From: Octopus bimaculoides | Taxonomy: Eukaryota | Assembly: GCF_001194135.2 (NCBI RefSeq) | Contig: NC_068982.1 | Location: forward strand, 95,974,379-96,038,378 | Reading direction: 5' to 3' | DNA: 64,000 nt | Shown here: one piece after another, positions 1 to 12,112 of the stretch | Numbering within the stretch: the first letter of the stretch is position 1 | How the letters are laid out: each line of letters starts with the position of its first letter | Made by a program: the position numbers and the translations under genes | Notes under the pieces: generated by a model | What the model was told of the DNA's origin: nothing | The model's input: the letters and a program-made list of their open reading frames with translations, nothing else | Database searches by the model: none

Positions 1-220
1 GGGGGGGGTGGGGAGCTGGCAGAATCTTTAGCATGTCTGATAAAATGCTTTATAGCATTTCTTCTGGCTTTACATTCTGAGTTCAAATTCTGTTGAGATC
101 AACTTTGCCTTTCATCCTTTCAGAGTCAATGAAATAAGTATCAATCAAGCACTGGGATTGATGTAATCAATTAGTCCCCATCCTGCCAAAATTTGAGACC
201 CTGTGCCTATAGTAGAAAGG
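1..220 (+). mobile_element. tRNA-derived SINE copy with a Deu/Nin-like central domain
   Basis: GAGCTGGCAGAATC head, GAGTTCAAATTC B-box-like motif, CTTTCATCCTTTCAGAGTCAATGAAATAAGTA core; degenerate relatives near 45030-45180 and 58020-58250. Domain name is from recall, not a search. Confidence 0.7.
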
Positions 221-234
221 ATATATACATATAT

Positions 235-580
235 TCTTTTACTTTTTTCAGTCATTTGACTGCAGCACTGCCTTAGAAGATTTTAAGTCAAAGAAATTGA
301 CCCCAGGACTTATTCTTTGTAAGCCTAGTACTTATTCTAATAGTCTCTTTTGCTGAACCGCTAAGTTATGGGGACGTAAACACAGGACAACCACAGAGAC
401 AAAGACACACACACATAAATACATACATGTACATATATACAACAGACTTATTTCAGTTTCCGTCTACCAAATCCACTCATAAGGCTTTGGTCAGCCCGAA
501 GCTGTAGTAGAAGACACTTGCCCAGGGTGCCATGTGGTTGAGAAGCAGGTTTCTTACCACACAGCCATGCCTGAGCCTAT
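235..580 (-). mobile_element. Abundant tRNA-derived SINE (GTGGCTGTGTGGTAAG head family)
   Basis: Same sequence recurs at 16474-16880, 29750-30140, 40183-40322, 51385-51690, 57517-57885; A/B-box head, CA/TA microsatellite middle, CAGTCAAATGACTGAAACAAGTAAAAG tail. Confidence 0.85.
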
Positions 581-1919
581 ATATATAAAATATGCATGTT
601 TGTATTTGTGTGAGCATGTTTTTGTCTTGACATTGTCTTACCATCATAGAAACAGTGTCATACATTTCCAATCTCCTGTAAAAAAAAATGTCAGACCATG
701 AAAAAATATTATGCTGCTTGAAGCAAGTAAGGATTTGTGGCTGGATGGGCATCTAGCTATAAAGAATTTCCTTAAACAAATTCCATCTGACCCATGCTAT
801 CATGGAAAAGCAGGCAGTGGCAGAATGCAAGAAATACTTAAAAGTAACTTTCTTAAATTAAATTTTCGTATAGGGAATCACAGAGTTAAATTTTATAGAC
901 TATAACTTTTTCAATCTCCAAAGCTGCTTGAGAGTGCTTCTTGATCATAAGTTATTGGTGAACATGAAACAAAAGTCATTAGATAACATGCAGGTTATAT
1001 CTCGAGTTAACAAACTTAATAACCAGTAGCTGAAATGTTTGTAAAAACTGGGAAAGAGAGTGACTGCATTCAAAAACAAAAATTAATAGTCAAATCTCAC
1101 AGCATGTATAACTTTTTCAAGTTCATGTCAGTACAATCAAGTTGAGATACGACCCCTTGATATAAAAACCTATTTCGAAGACTTTCTAGCAACTATTACT
1201 AAGTTCTGTTCTGAGAATTTCTTCCTTGATTTGTGTATTTTTTTGTTTTTTCCTGATATTCTCTGTGTACTTTATGCTGCTCTTATCTGAAATGCTGTAT
1301 GTTAAGTCTCTTCTCCTTCATAGCCTTTCTATTAATATTTAACATATATTACCCTGTCTCTTCATTTCAGGGTATTTGAGACAACAATTTGTCACTCAAG
1401 ATTTATCAACAAGAAGTTAATGAAGAATATTACAGACTGGAAAATAACATCAAGAAAAATGTGACACATTAAAAGAAAGTTAGTGTATGTAGTTCAGTGT
1501 ATAGCTTAATGTCTTTGTGAAATGGTTATTTTTGAAAAATTTAAAAGATGTTTTATTGATGTGTAATGTCTTGTATAAAAGGTTATATCTTGAGAACTGG
1601 AGCCAATAGCACCATTTATGGTTGCTGATTTTTATTGATAAGAACATAATCCATTATAAGAATTGACTTCATTTGCAAATGAACTGTGAGAGTTTTTCAT
1701 TATATTTGAACGTATCTGGAGATGGCTTTTCTATTATGTATCAGGTTAATAGACTACAGTTTGGACCAGATTTAAAATTCATAACCTTGTGAACAGTAGT
1801 TTAACATATTTAGTTCACTGAGATCTTGTCTCATAGACAGGGACCTCAGTATTGCAAAATATGAAGAGTACCTGGAAGAATTATAAATGTGTTTCATGTG
1901 GTAAAACACTCATGATATA

Positions 1920-3461
1920 ATGGAAGAAAAATTGTCTAAAAGTCAGATTTGTGATGAAATACAATCTAATAATAGTCAACCACAGGTAGATATATTGAAA
2001 AAATCCTACACTTGTGACATTTGTGGAAAGACATTCTCTGGGAATCATGTTTTCATTTCTCACAAGTGTAAGCAATCAGGTGATAAACCATACCTTTGTG
2101 ATAGCTGTGGTAAAAGATTCTCATACAGGTGTGAATTTATTTCACATATACGCATGCACACAGGTGAAAAACCATTCTGCTGTGACACCTGTGGTAGAAC
2201 ATTTACACACAAGAGTACATTAACTAATCATAAACGTATTCATCCTGATGAGAAACCATACCACTGTGATATTTGTGGTAAAGCATTCTCTGAAAGTGAA
2301 ACACTAACTCGTCATATTCGTGTTCATGCAGGTGAGAAACCATACCAATGTGATATCTGTAGCAAAGCATTCTCACATAAATGTAAATTAATATACCATA
2401 TGCGTATTCACACAGGTGAAAAACCATTTCACTGTGATACCTGTGGTAAAACATTCTCTCAAAAGGGTAAATTAATTAATCATAAACGTATTCACACTGG
2501 TGAGAAGCCATACCATTGTGATATTTGTGGTAAAACATTTTCTGAAAGGGGAACACTAACTGGTCATATACGTATTCATACTGGTGAAAAACCATTCCAC
2601 TGTGATATTTGTGGTAAATCATTTACACACAATGTTCATTTGACTCATCACAAAAGCAGCCATTCTGCTGAGAAACCTTATCTTTGTGACACCTGTGGCA
2701 AATCATTCTCACACAGAAGCACTTTTAGTTCTCATAAACGTATTCATACAGGTGAGAAACCATACCATTGTGATATCTGTGGAAGAGCCTTTACTCACAC
2801 TGGAGCACGATCTCTACATAAACGTATTCATACTGGTGAAAAACCATTCCATTGTGATATCTGTGGAACAGCATTTTCTCGGAATGCCATGCTGATCCAG
2901 CACAAGCGTACTCACACAGGTGAGAAACCATATTCTTGTGATATCTGTGGCAAAACATTTACTAGGAGTGCACATGTCACTTACCATAAACAGAGTCACA
3001 CTGATGAGAAACCACATCATTGTGAAATCTGTGGTGAAACATTCCCTGAAACTGGAATATTAAGCCATTATAAAAGTGTTCACCCAGGTGAGAATCCATT
3101 TCACTGTGATACCTGTGGTAAAACATTCTCAGACGAGTATAGCTTAACTTGTCATAAACCTATTCACACTAATATAAAAGTTGATGCTAAGCATAGTCCT
3201 AAAGATGAGAAACCATATCATTGTGATGCTTGTGGTCAAACATTCAAACAGAGTTCTGCATTAACATCTCATGTACGTACACATACAGGTGAGAAACCAT
3301 ACCCCTGTGATATCTGTGGTAAATCATTTGCACGGAAAGGTGGATTATCAGCTCATAAACGTATTCACACTGGTGAGAAACCATATCACTGTGATATTTG
3401 TGGTAAAACATTCTCACACAAAAGTAATCTAACTGTCCACCAGCTCATTCATATAAGTTAG
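1920..3461 (+). CDS. C2H2 zinc-finger protein (cluster gene 1), 513 aa, about 17 fingers (2 degenerate), no recognisable KRAB/BTB/SCAN domain
   Basis: Uninterrupted ORF of CxxC-x12-HxxxH repeats with TGEKPY linkers; acceptor-like ttcatttcag|G at 1370/1371, homologous to the acceptors of genes 2 and 3. Confidence 0.95.
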   Translation: MEEKLSKSQICDEIQSNNSQPQVDILKKSYTCDICGKTFSGNHVFISHKCKQSGDKPYLCDSCGKRFSYRCEFISHIRMHTGEKPFCCDTCGRTFTHKSTLTNHKRIHPDEKPYHCDICGKAFSESETLTRHIRVHAGEKPYQCDICSKAFSHKCKLIYHMRIHTGEKPFHCDTCGKTFSQKGKLINHKRIHTGEKPYHCDICGKTFSERGTLTGHIRIHTGEKPFHCDICGKSFTHNVHLTHHKSSHSAEKPYLCDTCGKSFSHRSTFSSHKRIHTGEKPYHCDICGRAFTHTGARSLHKRIHTGEKPFHCDICGTAFSRNAMLIQHKRTHTGEKPYSCDICGKTFTRSAHVTYHKQSHTDEKPHHCEICGETFPETGILSHYKSVHPGENPFHCDTCGKTFSDEYSLTCHKPIHTNIKVDAKHSPKDEKPYHCDACGQTFKQSSALTSHVRTHTGEKPYPCDICGKSFARKGGLSAHKRIHTGEKPYHCDICGKTFSHKSNLTVHQLIHIS

Positions 3462-4399
3462 GGACTTATATCATTGTGATATCTGTGGTGAAATATGTTC
3501 TTGTAATACTCATTTAACTTGATACAAACTTTGTGAAAGATCATGTCATTGTGGAATCTAGAGAAAAACATTCAGTGCTGGAAAACATTAGTTCATCATA
3601 AATGTATTCACAGAGTTGACAAAAAATTATGTAGCAGCGATTTCTCAAGTTGGACAATCTTACAAAAGACTAATTGCAGCAAAAATACAGCAACTGGTTC
3701 ACTCACATGGGAATGAATGTACTCTGTCGAATACCAGAAATTGATCATAATTATCAAATTGTTATATGATAGCTGTCTAATATCTCCTTACATCTTTCAC
3801 CAGCCTCTCAAAATCATCATTGTCATCACCAAACTCATTATGTGTCAGTCTGACTTCAAAAAATGTCATAAGTTACTTTACATAAAAGAAAATCAAAGAT
3901 TTTGTCATATTCATGTATTGCAAATGATACAAAGATCAAGTTCTATACTTTGATTTTCATGCCCCCAGTTAAGAGTCCCTACTCTATTGCCTCAATGCTG
4001 AAGTAGCTTTACAGTTCATCATAGTCATCATCATCGTTTAATGTCCACCGTCCATACTAGTATGGGTGGGACAAATTAATGAGGAATAAGTAGCTAAGCC
4101 CATCATGTTGTTGAGCACTTGTGAAAACTATAAAAAATGTCGTAAATCAAATTTGTTAACTGTATATAAAAGTATATATTTAGTCTGTTCTAAAATAATG
4201 TGTTGACTGTATAGAGATCATGTAAGTTTTACCATGATAAAATGATTCTTGCTCTAGGCATATAATTTAGGCATTGGAATATTAAAATAAATATATCTAG
4301 AGAGCATACATTATCCATAGAACACCGTAATTCAACCAAATCAAAACTGTGATCCTGCTGTTTTCAAACTTCTGTGATCTTTTTAGGTTTTTAACTTTA

Positions 4400-4735
4400 A
4401 CATTATTTACATTTGACAGATATTTGTCCTCATCTTGTTTGTTATTAACACAACATTTTGGCTGGGCATATGGCATTGTGATTAAGAGCGCGGGCTACTA
4501 ACCCCAAGATTCCGAGTTTGATTCCAGACTGTGACTTGAATAATAATAATAATAATAATAACATTGAAAAATACCTTAGGAATGAGAACCCAGGTTCGAA
4601 ATTTCCTAAGACTCCTGATGAAGGCTGGAGGGTATATCAGCCAAAACGTTGTATTAACAACAAACAAGATGAGAACAAATATCCGTGAAATGTAAATAAT
4701 GTACATAATTCCTCTTCTCTTAAATATAGAACAGT
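4400..4735 (+). mobile_element. tRNA-headed SINE with Penelope-type hammerhead tail and 5' inverted tail copy
   Basis: Head 4465-4538 (degenerate A box TGGCATTGTGA, B box GAGTTTGATTCC), (AAT)n 4539-4561, hammerhead-like 4610-4655, 65-nt inverted arms 4400-4464 / 4638-4702, direct repeat TTTTAACTTTAAC at about 4389-4401 and 4735-4747. Confidence 0.75.
4610..4655 (+). ncRNA. Minimal type I hammerhead ribozyme, degenerate (G12 to A)
   Basis: CTGATGA 4615-4621, stem II GGCTG/CAGCC, then AAAA in place of GAAA, palindromic AACGTT stem III, weakened stem I GACTC/GTATT. Confidence 0.65.
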
Positions 4736-6230
4736 TTTAACTTTAACTTTTATACAACTGAAGACTATAGGCTTTTATAAGAATGTAGACTTTTATAGAA
4801 AGAATTAATTACTCATTTACATAATATTCATTATTGACTTAAATATAATGACATTGAAGTGACGTCAGACCACCAGTATATGTCATAAAAATGTGAAAAT
4901 GTGATTTCACATTTTGTAGCCAGGGGTAGGATGAGTTAAATCACTTAACAGTCCTTTGTCACTTGGCATACATCACAACAGATTTAACCAGCCATATCTG
5001 TTGTATATGTTTTCATTCATTTATCTTCATTGTATTTAAGGCAGGGTTTCTTTTCTATCGGCAACTACTTGACATTATAAACTGGCTGCTCTTGCAAAGT
5101 TTGCCACAACACTAATCAGTCCTCTCTGTTTTCATCCAGTTATTTCTCCCCTAAGCAGGTTACTAGTATGAATGATGCTGGCATCATTCATTTGTTCCTG
5201 TGAGAAAAACCTTGTCACTGTTGCAAGGAGGCACTATAAGACATATGATTTCTATGGCAGGAATGAAGCATAATAAAGCTAGATTTTGGAGAGAGAAAAT
5301 TCCTTTGACAGTGATGTGCAACAGTTTAATTGATAGCAATAAGAACATGATATTATGGTGAAATAATACTCATATTTCTTCAGAGAAAATCATAAAACAC
5401 AGCTGCTTCCTAACATTTTTGAAATTTGTTTTTGTAAATTTTGTTGCAAAATCTCCCGCAATGCAGAAATTAAGCTGAATGCAAACAACTTGTATATGTT
5501 GATATAACCATTAACTTGGTTAAATTTTGTAGTTATATTGATTTGGTAACTTCATTGTCATCATTACTCCATTTCTGCAGAAATAAACATGTATTTTGAA
5601 GTTGAGGCAGTTGATATCTCACACTTGGAATGCCTTCTTTGTGTTCTATTTTTACAATATGAAGCCTTATAGCAATTTAAACCTGGGATACAGTTGAATG
5701 ATATTTTCACTTGGAATGTGACACAAGAGAAGCCAACAACCTAATGGTGTGCATTACAACTGTGCATGTAATTTTTTAAAATGTGTACACCAACATACAA
5801 ACATAGATACATTGTTTAACATCTGCTTTTTCATACTAGCTTGAGGTACACAAGGAGGTTATTTTGAGGCAGTGTTATACAACTAGATGCATTTCCTGTT
5901 GCAAACCCTTACTTTTTTGTCATAATGTCAACACTACCACAAGTTCACTCAAGTTGTGACAATGGGGAATATCAGCACTCTAGCACATTTGCATGCACAC
6001 ATACATACCAAGCCTGCATTGGTATGAGATTGTGATGCAAATGAAGGAAGACGGATATGTAAAGAAATGTTATGAGCTCAAAATGAATGGAACTGAGGAA
6101 GATATGGGCAAGTGGGGAACAGAGAGCTGAAGTTGTTGCATCTCACAGAGGAAGTGGAAAAGAGCTGTACTAACTGGTGACATGATGTGTGCAAGAAGAT
6201 CCGTGACAAAACATTAAAATTGTGTATGTA

Positions 6231-7479
6231 ACAGGTCATCCCATAAGTTCTGTCCGAAATTTGAATAAAGAAAACAAGTGATCAAATGTTCTATTTAATT
6301 GAAATTTAATCGTCAATGTAATTTCCCTGATTATCTATGGCTTCCTACCATCTATTTACAAGCTTTTTAATCCCATCGATGTAAAACTCTTTTGGTTTCA
6401 AAGCGAAGAACTCTAAAATGTCAGTTTCGACCTCCTCCTGGCTTGCGAAAGTTATGTCCCCCAAATGATTCTGTAAACTATGAAACAAACGGTAGTCTGA
6501 AGGAGCAAGGTTGGGAGAATAAGGTGGATGAGGAATTTTTTCCCAACCAAGCTCTTCGATCTGTAATGTGATCTTTGCAGTGTGGGGTCGCGCATTGTCC
6601 TGATGAAACATCACTCCTTTTCGATTCACTAAAGCAGATTTTTTTTCTTCAAAGCTTGATCAAACATTTTAATTGCTGACAGTAGACTTGAGCATTGATT
6701 GTTGTATTAGGTGGTAACAATTCAAAGTGAATTACTCCTTTGCAATCCCATTCGATAGAGAGAAAAACCTTTTTCCCATGAAGTTCCCTTCTCGGTTGAC
6801 GTTGAGCTTTTTCCCTTTTACCAAGCCACTGTTTACAACGTTTAACGTTTCAATAGAAGATCCATTTTTCATCACCAGTCACAAGTCTATCCAAAAAGGG
6901 TGAAACGAGTTCGCAAGAATAGAGAAAAGAGCAGATGTCAACTCGGGATTCGCAGTTGCTTTCGGACAATTCATGAGGCACTCATTTTCCAAGTTTAGGA
7001 ACCTTTCCAAGTCGTTGAAGATGACGATGAACAGTTGTATGGTTTGAACTAAGCTTTATTGCCAATTCTTCAACTGATAATGCAGGATTTTCTTCAAGTA
7101 ATGCCTCAAGGAGCTTATCATCAAACTCAACTGGACGTCCTGTTTGATCTTCGTCGTCAAGGCTGAAATATCCATTTCTGAATTTTGCAAACCATCTTCT
7201 GCAAGTTCTTTCATTCAAGCATTCTTTCCCATAAACTGAGTGTATGTTTCGAGTTGCTTTGGCTGCAGAGTTTGCTTTTTTGTACTCATAAAGCATTATG
7301 TGCTTCAAATGCTCTTTAGATACTTCCACGTTAGAAAAGGATTTNNNNNNNNNNATTAGTTTAAATGTACACAAATGCATAAAAATAATTTTTAACTCCA
7401 TTAGACATTCTAAAATACTATCAAATTTCATTCAATTTTAAAAAAGGTAAAATCAGACAGAACTTATGGAATGACCTGA
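6231..7479 (-). mobile_element. Mariner (DD34D) transposon, full length, dead
   Basis: TIRs ACAGGTCATCCCATAAGTTCTGTC / GACAGAACTTATGGAATGACCTGA with TA flanks; transposase pieces 6982-7431 (HTH, stop at W of WVPHEL) and 6345-6629 (HQDNARPH, HPPYSPNLAPSDY). Confidence 0.93.
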
Positions 7480-8267
7480 TATATATATATATGTATGTGT
7501 GTTTATATAAAGAGATAGAGACAAACAGGCTGATATGTGTGTGTTATAAATATTCTAAAGAAAGCCTTTAATGCAGGTGAATAGATAGACAAAATATGTA
7601 AAGTAATGCCAATGAAGTCAAGATATTCTATCAATCCACATAAGTTGTTTAAAGTTTCCCCATATCAAATATTTTGAAAATAAATTTGGAATTCAGAGAA
7701 GTGTTATTATCAGCAGGTCATTCTGATGTCACAAAATATCCAAATGGCTTGCGAATAATAAAACATCATGTGAAGGATACTAGAAAACTGCAAATCTTAC
7801 CTTAACAGTAGTATGTATGTGTGCTTGCAAATGTGCAAGAGTGTAGACTCTGCTAAGCGGAGAGAAAAATTATGTTGAAGAACTTCCTTCATCCAGGGGC
7901 CTACCTAAACTTAAAAGAGAGTTTCTTTTCCCTTTGCCTTCATGAGCACAGGCATACTTAATGAACTGGTTTTCTCTCCATTGGTAATTTCCTTAACTGC
8001 TATGTGAGGAGCTAATATAAGTTTTATTCCACCTCATACCCAGCTTTGATACATAAAGCCTATACACACACACATGTATATATGCAACCACATATGGTTT
8101 TAAAATTAAACTTCCCTTCACTACTCACGCTTCTATCCCACCCCAAACTTAGCTACAGCCAAAATATCTTGTGTAATACTGCAAACTTATTGACCACCAA
8201 ATTCTCAATCCAAGGGGCTTAACTCTGATGAACTAAATATTCTTTCTCTTTGAGACATGATCTAGAT

Positions 8268-8996
8268 CAAGGGTCCCTCGGACCCCCTAGAGGTCGGTGA
8301 GCAATTACAGAGGGCCGATGATAGCCAAGGGGTGGTGTGCGAAAGACCAGCTCACTCAGATGAACTGCTTGAAATACTTAGCGCCATAAAACGTGGGAAA
8401 ACATAATAAATTTTCACTGCACCGACAAGTCTGTTGTTGTTAACGTTCGAAGCCTGACGTCGTAATCGAAGATTGAGAAGTGTGATTGAGGGGATGCGGA
8501 TTGTCAAGTGTTTGCTTATAGAAATTGCCTGAGCCTGGAGGAACGAGGTGATTTGAGACTGAAACTGACCAACATTCAGCCTGATATCAATGCCTTGATT
8601 CAGGATCACCATATTCATACTTCACATTGATGTTGTCCGTTTCAATAAAAGATATTCCAGCAATATGATGCGTTTTTCACATTTTCTCACCGTGAAAACA
8701 ATTTCATAAAAATTGAAAGTTTAATACTGTATACTCGTACATGTAGTTTTAAATGTAAAAAGCTAGTCATCTTATATAGAATTTCTTAATTTGTCGTACG
8801 TGTATATTTTAGCTAACATTTTAATTGCCAGCATCAGTACCCGGTACGCGTTTAAGATATGGTACGATAGGATTTAAGTATTAAGGTATTTTAAATGCGG
8901 AGGGTGGTCGATGCAGGAAAAGTGGCTGAAGGGGGTCGATGCGAAAGAAGAAGTGGCTAAAGGGGGTCGATGGTCGAAAAAGTTTGGCGACCCATG
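8268..8996 (+). mobile_element. Internally deleted hAT (Buster/Charlie-like) transposon
   Basis: Ends CAAGGGTCCC...AAGTTTGGCGACCCATG; 8-bp TSD-like ATCTAGAT (8260-8267) / ACCTAGAT (8997-9004) with central TA; residual C-terminus DLRLKLTNIQPDINALIQDHHIHTSH* at about 8550-8630. Confidence 0.75.
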
Positions 8997-9153
8997 ACCT
9001 AGATGGTTTCGTTCGTGATTTTTTTTTTTTTTTTTCGGTTTTTGGATTTGATTTGACGTTTTCAGGATGATTGTTAGATTTGACACTCCATTTTGGCATG
9101 AAACCATTTAATAAGGCTAATATATGAATAATAATAATTATCATGAGATATAT

Positions 9154-9465
9154 ATCATCATCGTCATCGTTTAACGTCCGCTTTCCATGCTAGCATGGGT
9201 TGGACGATTTGACTGAGGACTGGTTGACCAAGAGGCGACACCAGGCTCCAATCTGATTTGGCAGAGTTTCTAAAGTTGGATGCCCTTCCTAACGCCAACC
9301 ACTCCGAGAGTGTAGTGGGTGCTTTTACGTGCCACCGGCACGAGGGCCACGCTCGAAATGGTGTATTTTACGTGCCACCTGCACAGCAGTCAGTCCAGCG
9401 GCACTGGCAACGATCTCGCTTGAATGTCTTTTCAAGTGCCAGGAATGCGACGTTGGCAACGATCA
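9154..9465 (-). mobile_element. 5'-truncated RTE LINE 3' tail
   Basis: Reverse complement of the 3' end of the RTE at 36360-37612; ends in (GAT)n. Confidence 0.85.
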
Positions 9466-9559
9466 ACAGCCACAGACTATCAAAGAACTACTTCATCAGT
9501 AATAAAACATTCTTAATTTTACTGGCCAGAATGGGTGACACTTCTTACTACACTTGTGA

Positions 9560-9960
9560 CTCTGGAAGAGTGAGTATCAATGGTGAAGATTAGTGTAAAA
9601 GATTTCACAAACCTCCTCAATCTCCCTATTGTCTGTTACCGGGAACCCATCTTTGTTCTCAAGCTCCATCATCTTTCATGTATATGTGTCATATCACTCC
9701 TGCGTTTCTTTAAATTTACCCTTTTTTTCTGCAGCCCTTGGCAGCTTCTTCACTCTATAGTTATCGAAATCTCTTTCCAGATGTCCTTAACGCTTTGCAA
9801 AGTACTCAGGGTAATCTTCCAGTCTTTTTTATAGTTTCTCGTTTCTCTAGCATTTTTCCTTGTTCCCTCCAAGATCCTTTTGTTTGGCTCCTACGAGTTT
9901 ATATTTTTCACATTCCACATGTGGTATCGGTAATGTAAACATCACCAATACCACATACTT
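9560..9960 (-). mobile_element. Degenerate LINE ORF2 fragment (endonuclease-RT linker)
   Basis: Minus-strand translation is K/R/E-rich with many stops, loosely resembling a LINE linker; no diagnostic motif. Confidence 0.3.
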
Positions 9961-10220
9961 AGCGGATGTGTAGTTAAAATGCCAAGATCTGTGGTTTACA
10001 TTATAAAGCTGCTTCTATTGTATAATCTGAATTTATTCTGTTTGTGTAGCACCATTGCAAATCAGCAAATAGCTTTTACACCCTCTGTAAATATCTCTTC
10101 AGGCAAAAGATTTTAATTTCGTTTCGGAAATGACTCGAGTGCGTGATATTGATAAGATGCAATTACAGCGATGTATATATTTGTAGTGAAACTACCTATC
10201 GCCATTAGATACAAAACTAC

Positions 10221-10517
10221 TTTAGTAGAAAGTGGGTTATACATCTTTAGATTGTATACCTGACTTTCTACTATAAAATTGAAGAAATTGACGGAACGCT
10301 GAACTCCAGACTAAACAACTTAAACAACATTTATTTACTTGGTAAAACATACATATCTTTAGAGGTGAGAATAACGAGCTGTCGAGTATAAGACCGAAAG
10401 ATGTAGAGACAGCTTTAAACACACGTCCTTGCTCAATCGCTGGCCAGCGTGAAAGAGAATGAATTGAGCGGGAAACGCTTGCTTTATTAATTCTACGCAT
10501 GCGCAGGCGTTACTACA
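10221..10517 (-). mobile_element. Solo-LTR-like element, hairpin family, copy A
   Basis: On minus starts TGTAGTAACGCC; GCGCATGCG motif, AATAAA, terminal hairpin 10221-10275; 4-bp direct repeat CTAC 10217-10220 / 10518-10521. Confidence 0.75.
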
Positions 10518-11007
10518 CTACTATCGCCATTCTTCTCATTTAAATATAAACAAGCGCGAGCGTAGCGGAGAACCCATCTCCTTGTCATCACGTGACTGAT
10601 TATTATTTGAAGCGGCAACTTCTTCGAACCGTTCCCGCTCTCGTGATCATTTCTGGGGTTATTTCGTTTCGCCTAACTCTCATATATACTCTGCTTTTCA
10701 ACACTGTTCGTCCTTAAAGAGATTTCATTTCCTCCTAGCGGTTAAACAACATACGTTAAGCATGCGGTACTGGTAATGTTTACATTATAAAGCTGCTTCT
10801 ATTGCACAATCTGAATGTATATGTATGTGTACACTCAACAATTTTCTTTCTGTACGCACAATAGGAATAAATATAAATATAAAAGGCGCCAACTTCGCAG
10901 AGTGTCGAGATGTCCGAGTCGGTATAACGTTCTCCACTCTCACCAATTTTAGAGTATCTTGGGTTGAGCTTCGAATGGCACCCTCTCTATAACAGTTTTA
11001 ATGGCTG

Positions 11008-11354
11008 TATAGGAAAGTTGGTTATACATCATTAGATGTATACCTGACTTTCCTATATAAAAATTAAAGAATATATAACGGAACGCTGAACTCCAGACTA
11101 TCAACTTAAACAACACTTTATTTAGGTGGTAAATATATACATCTTTAGCTCTTGTTGTTACAGCTTCTGTGTGTGTGAGCATAGTTGTTTGGACGTGGGT
11201 ATGTAGTTGCAAGCGAGCTGTCGAGCGTAAGTCCGAAAGATGTAGAGAGACAGCTTAACACGTCCATGCTCATGGTCGGCCGACCGTAAAAGAGGAAGAT
11301 TAAAGCGGGAACGCTTGGCTGTTTAATTCCACGCATGCGCACGGCGTTACTACA
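11008..11354 (-). mobile_element. Solo-LTR-like element, hairpin family, copy B
   Basis: On minus TGTAGTAACGCC...CTTTCCTATA; hairpin 11008-11057; TSD GCTG 11004-11007 / 11355-11358. Confidence 0.8.
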
Positions 11355-11785
11355 GCTGTTTATTCGATCGAAAATATTAAAGAAGCAGACATGACACGGC
11401 ACAACCAGACTTTTCCTTGCATGACATGCTATTTCCACCTTTACTACTTTGATATATTAATTCTAATGCAATGAACATCTTATACTAATGTATCACGACA
11501 AATTATGTTCAAATACTTGTGCGGGTTTGTGAAATTACTTCACAAATTTTCCCATTAACTATTCAATAATACAGTCCAGCAACATTGGCACACCCAGCAA
11601 TCATTAATGACTTTCAACACTATAAATGGCAATCAAGCAACAGAAGATCCGTTGAAAATTTAAGATAACTTGGTTTTTATTAGGGAACAACTTGCAACCT
11701 ACTCTTCCCTCACCAGAAACCTTTTTACAGGCAGTGAATGTAGGCGTACCTCTACTTGGTTGACAGGGCAGTTTCCAACGCAATA

Positions 11786-12110
11786 GTTTCCCTGACTTCA
11801 GTGGATCGCTATATGACGAACCTGGTCACAATGACCATGTGTGGGCCTCTACACCTGAAGTAGTCCTTTGATAGTCTGAGTCAGTTCCCTTCTTGTTCTC
11901 CTGTCTTCGCCATTCATTGCTTGCCACCTCATTTTACTAGGCCCCCACCGTTAATGCTGCGACATCACCGATGTCATTCTACATCCACACTCTTATTCTG
12001 TCCTTCAAGTCGCACACTGTTATCATCTCAATGCCGGGCTGCAGCTTCATCAAGAGATGGTCGGAGAAACCAACCACAAACGCCAGTTTGACCACTTTCT
12101 CCAGCTAGGA
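11786..12110 (-). mobile_element. Degenerate Ty3/Gypsy gag fragment
   Basis: Minus-strand translation LEKVVKLAFVVGFSDHLLMKLQ..., FRCRGPHMV, and a CCHC-knuckle remnant CDQVRHIAIH*SQGN. Confidence 0.5.
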
Positions 12111-12112
12111 TC

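Noticed and set aside
4465-4538. tRNA gene (also considered for 59178-59235 and other SINE heads)
   Set aside because: No complete cloverleaf; followed by SINE bodies and flanked by TSDs.
10221-11354. Copies A and B as the two LTRs of one TRIM
   Set aside because: Each has its own distinct 4-bp TSD and they are quite diverged, so they are independent insertions.
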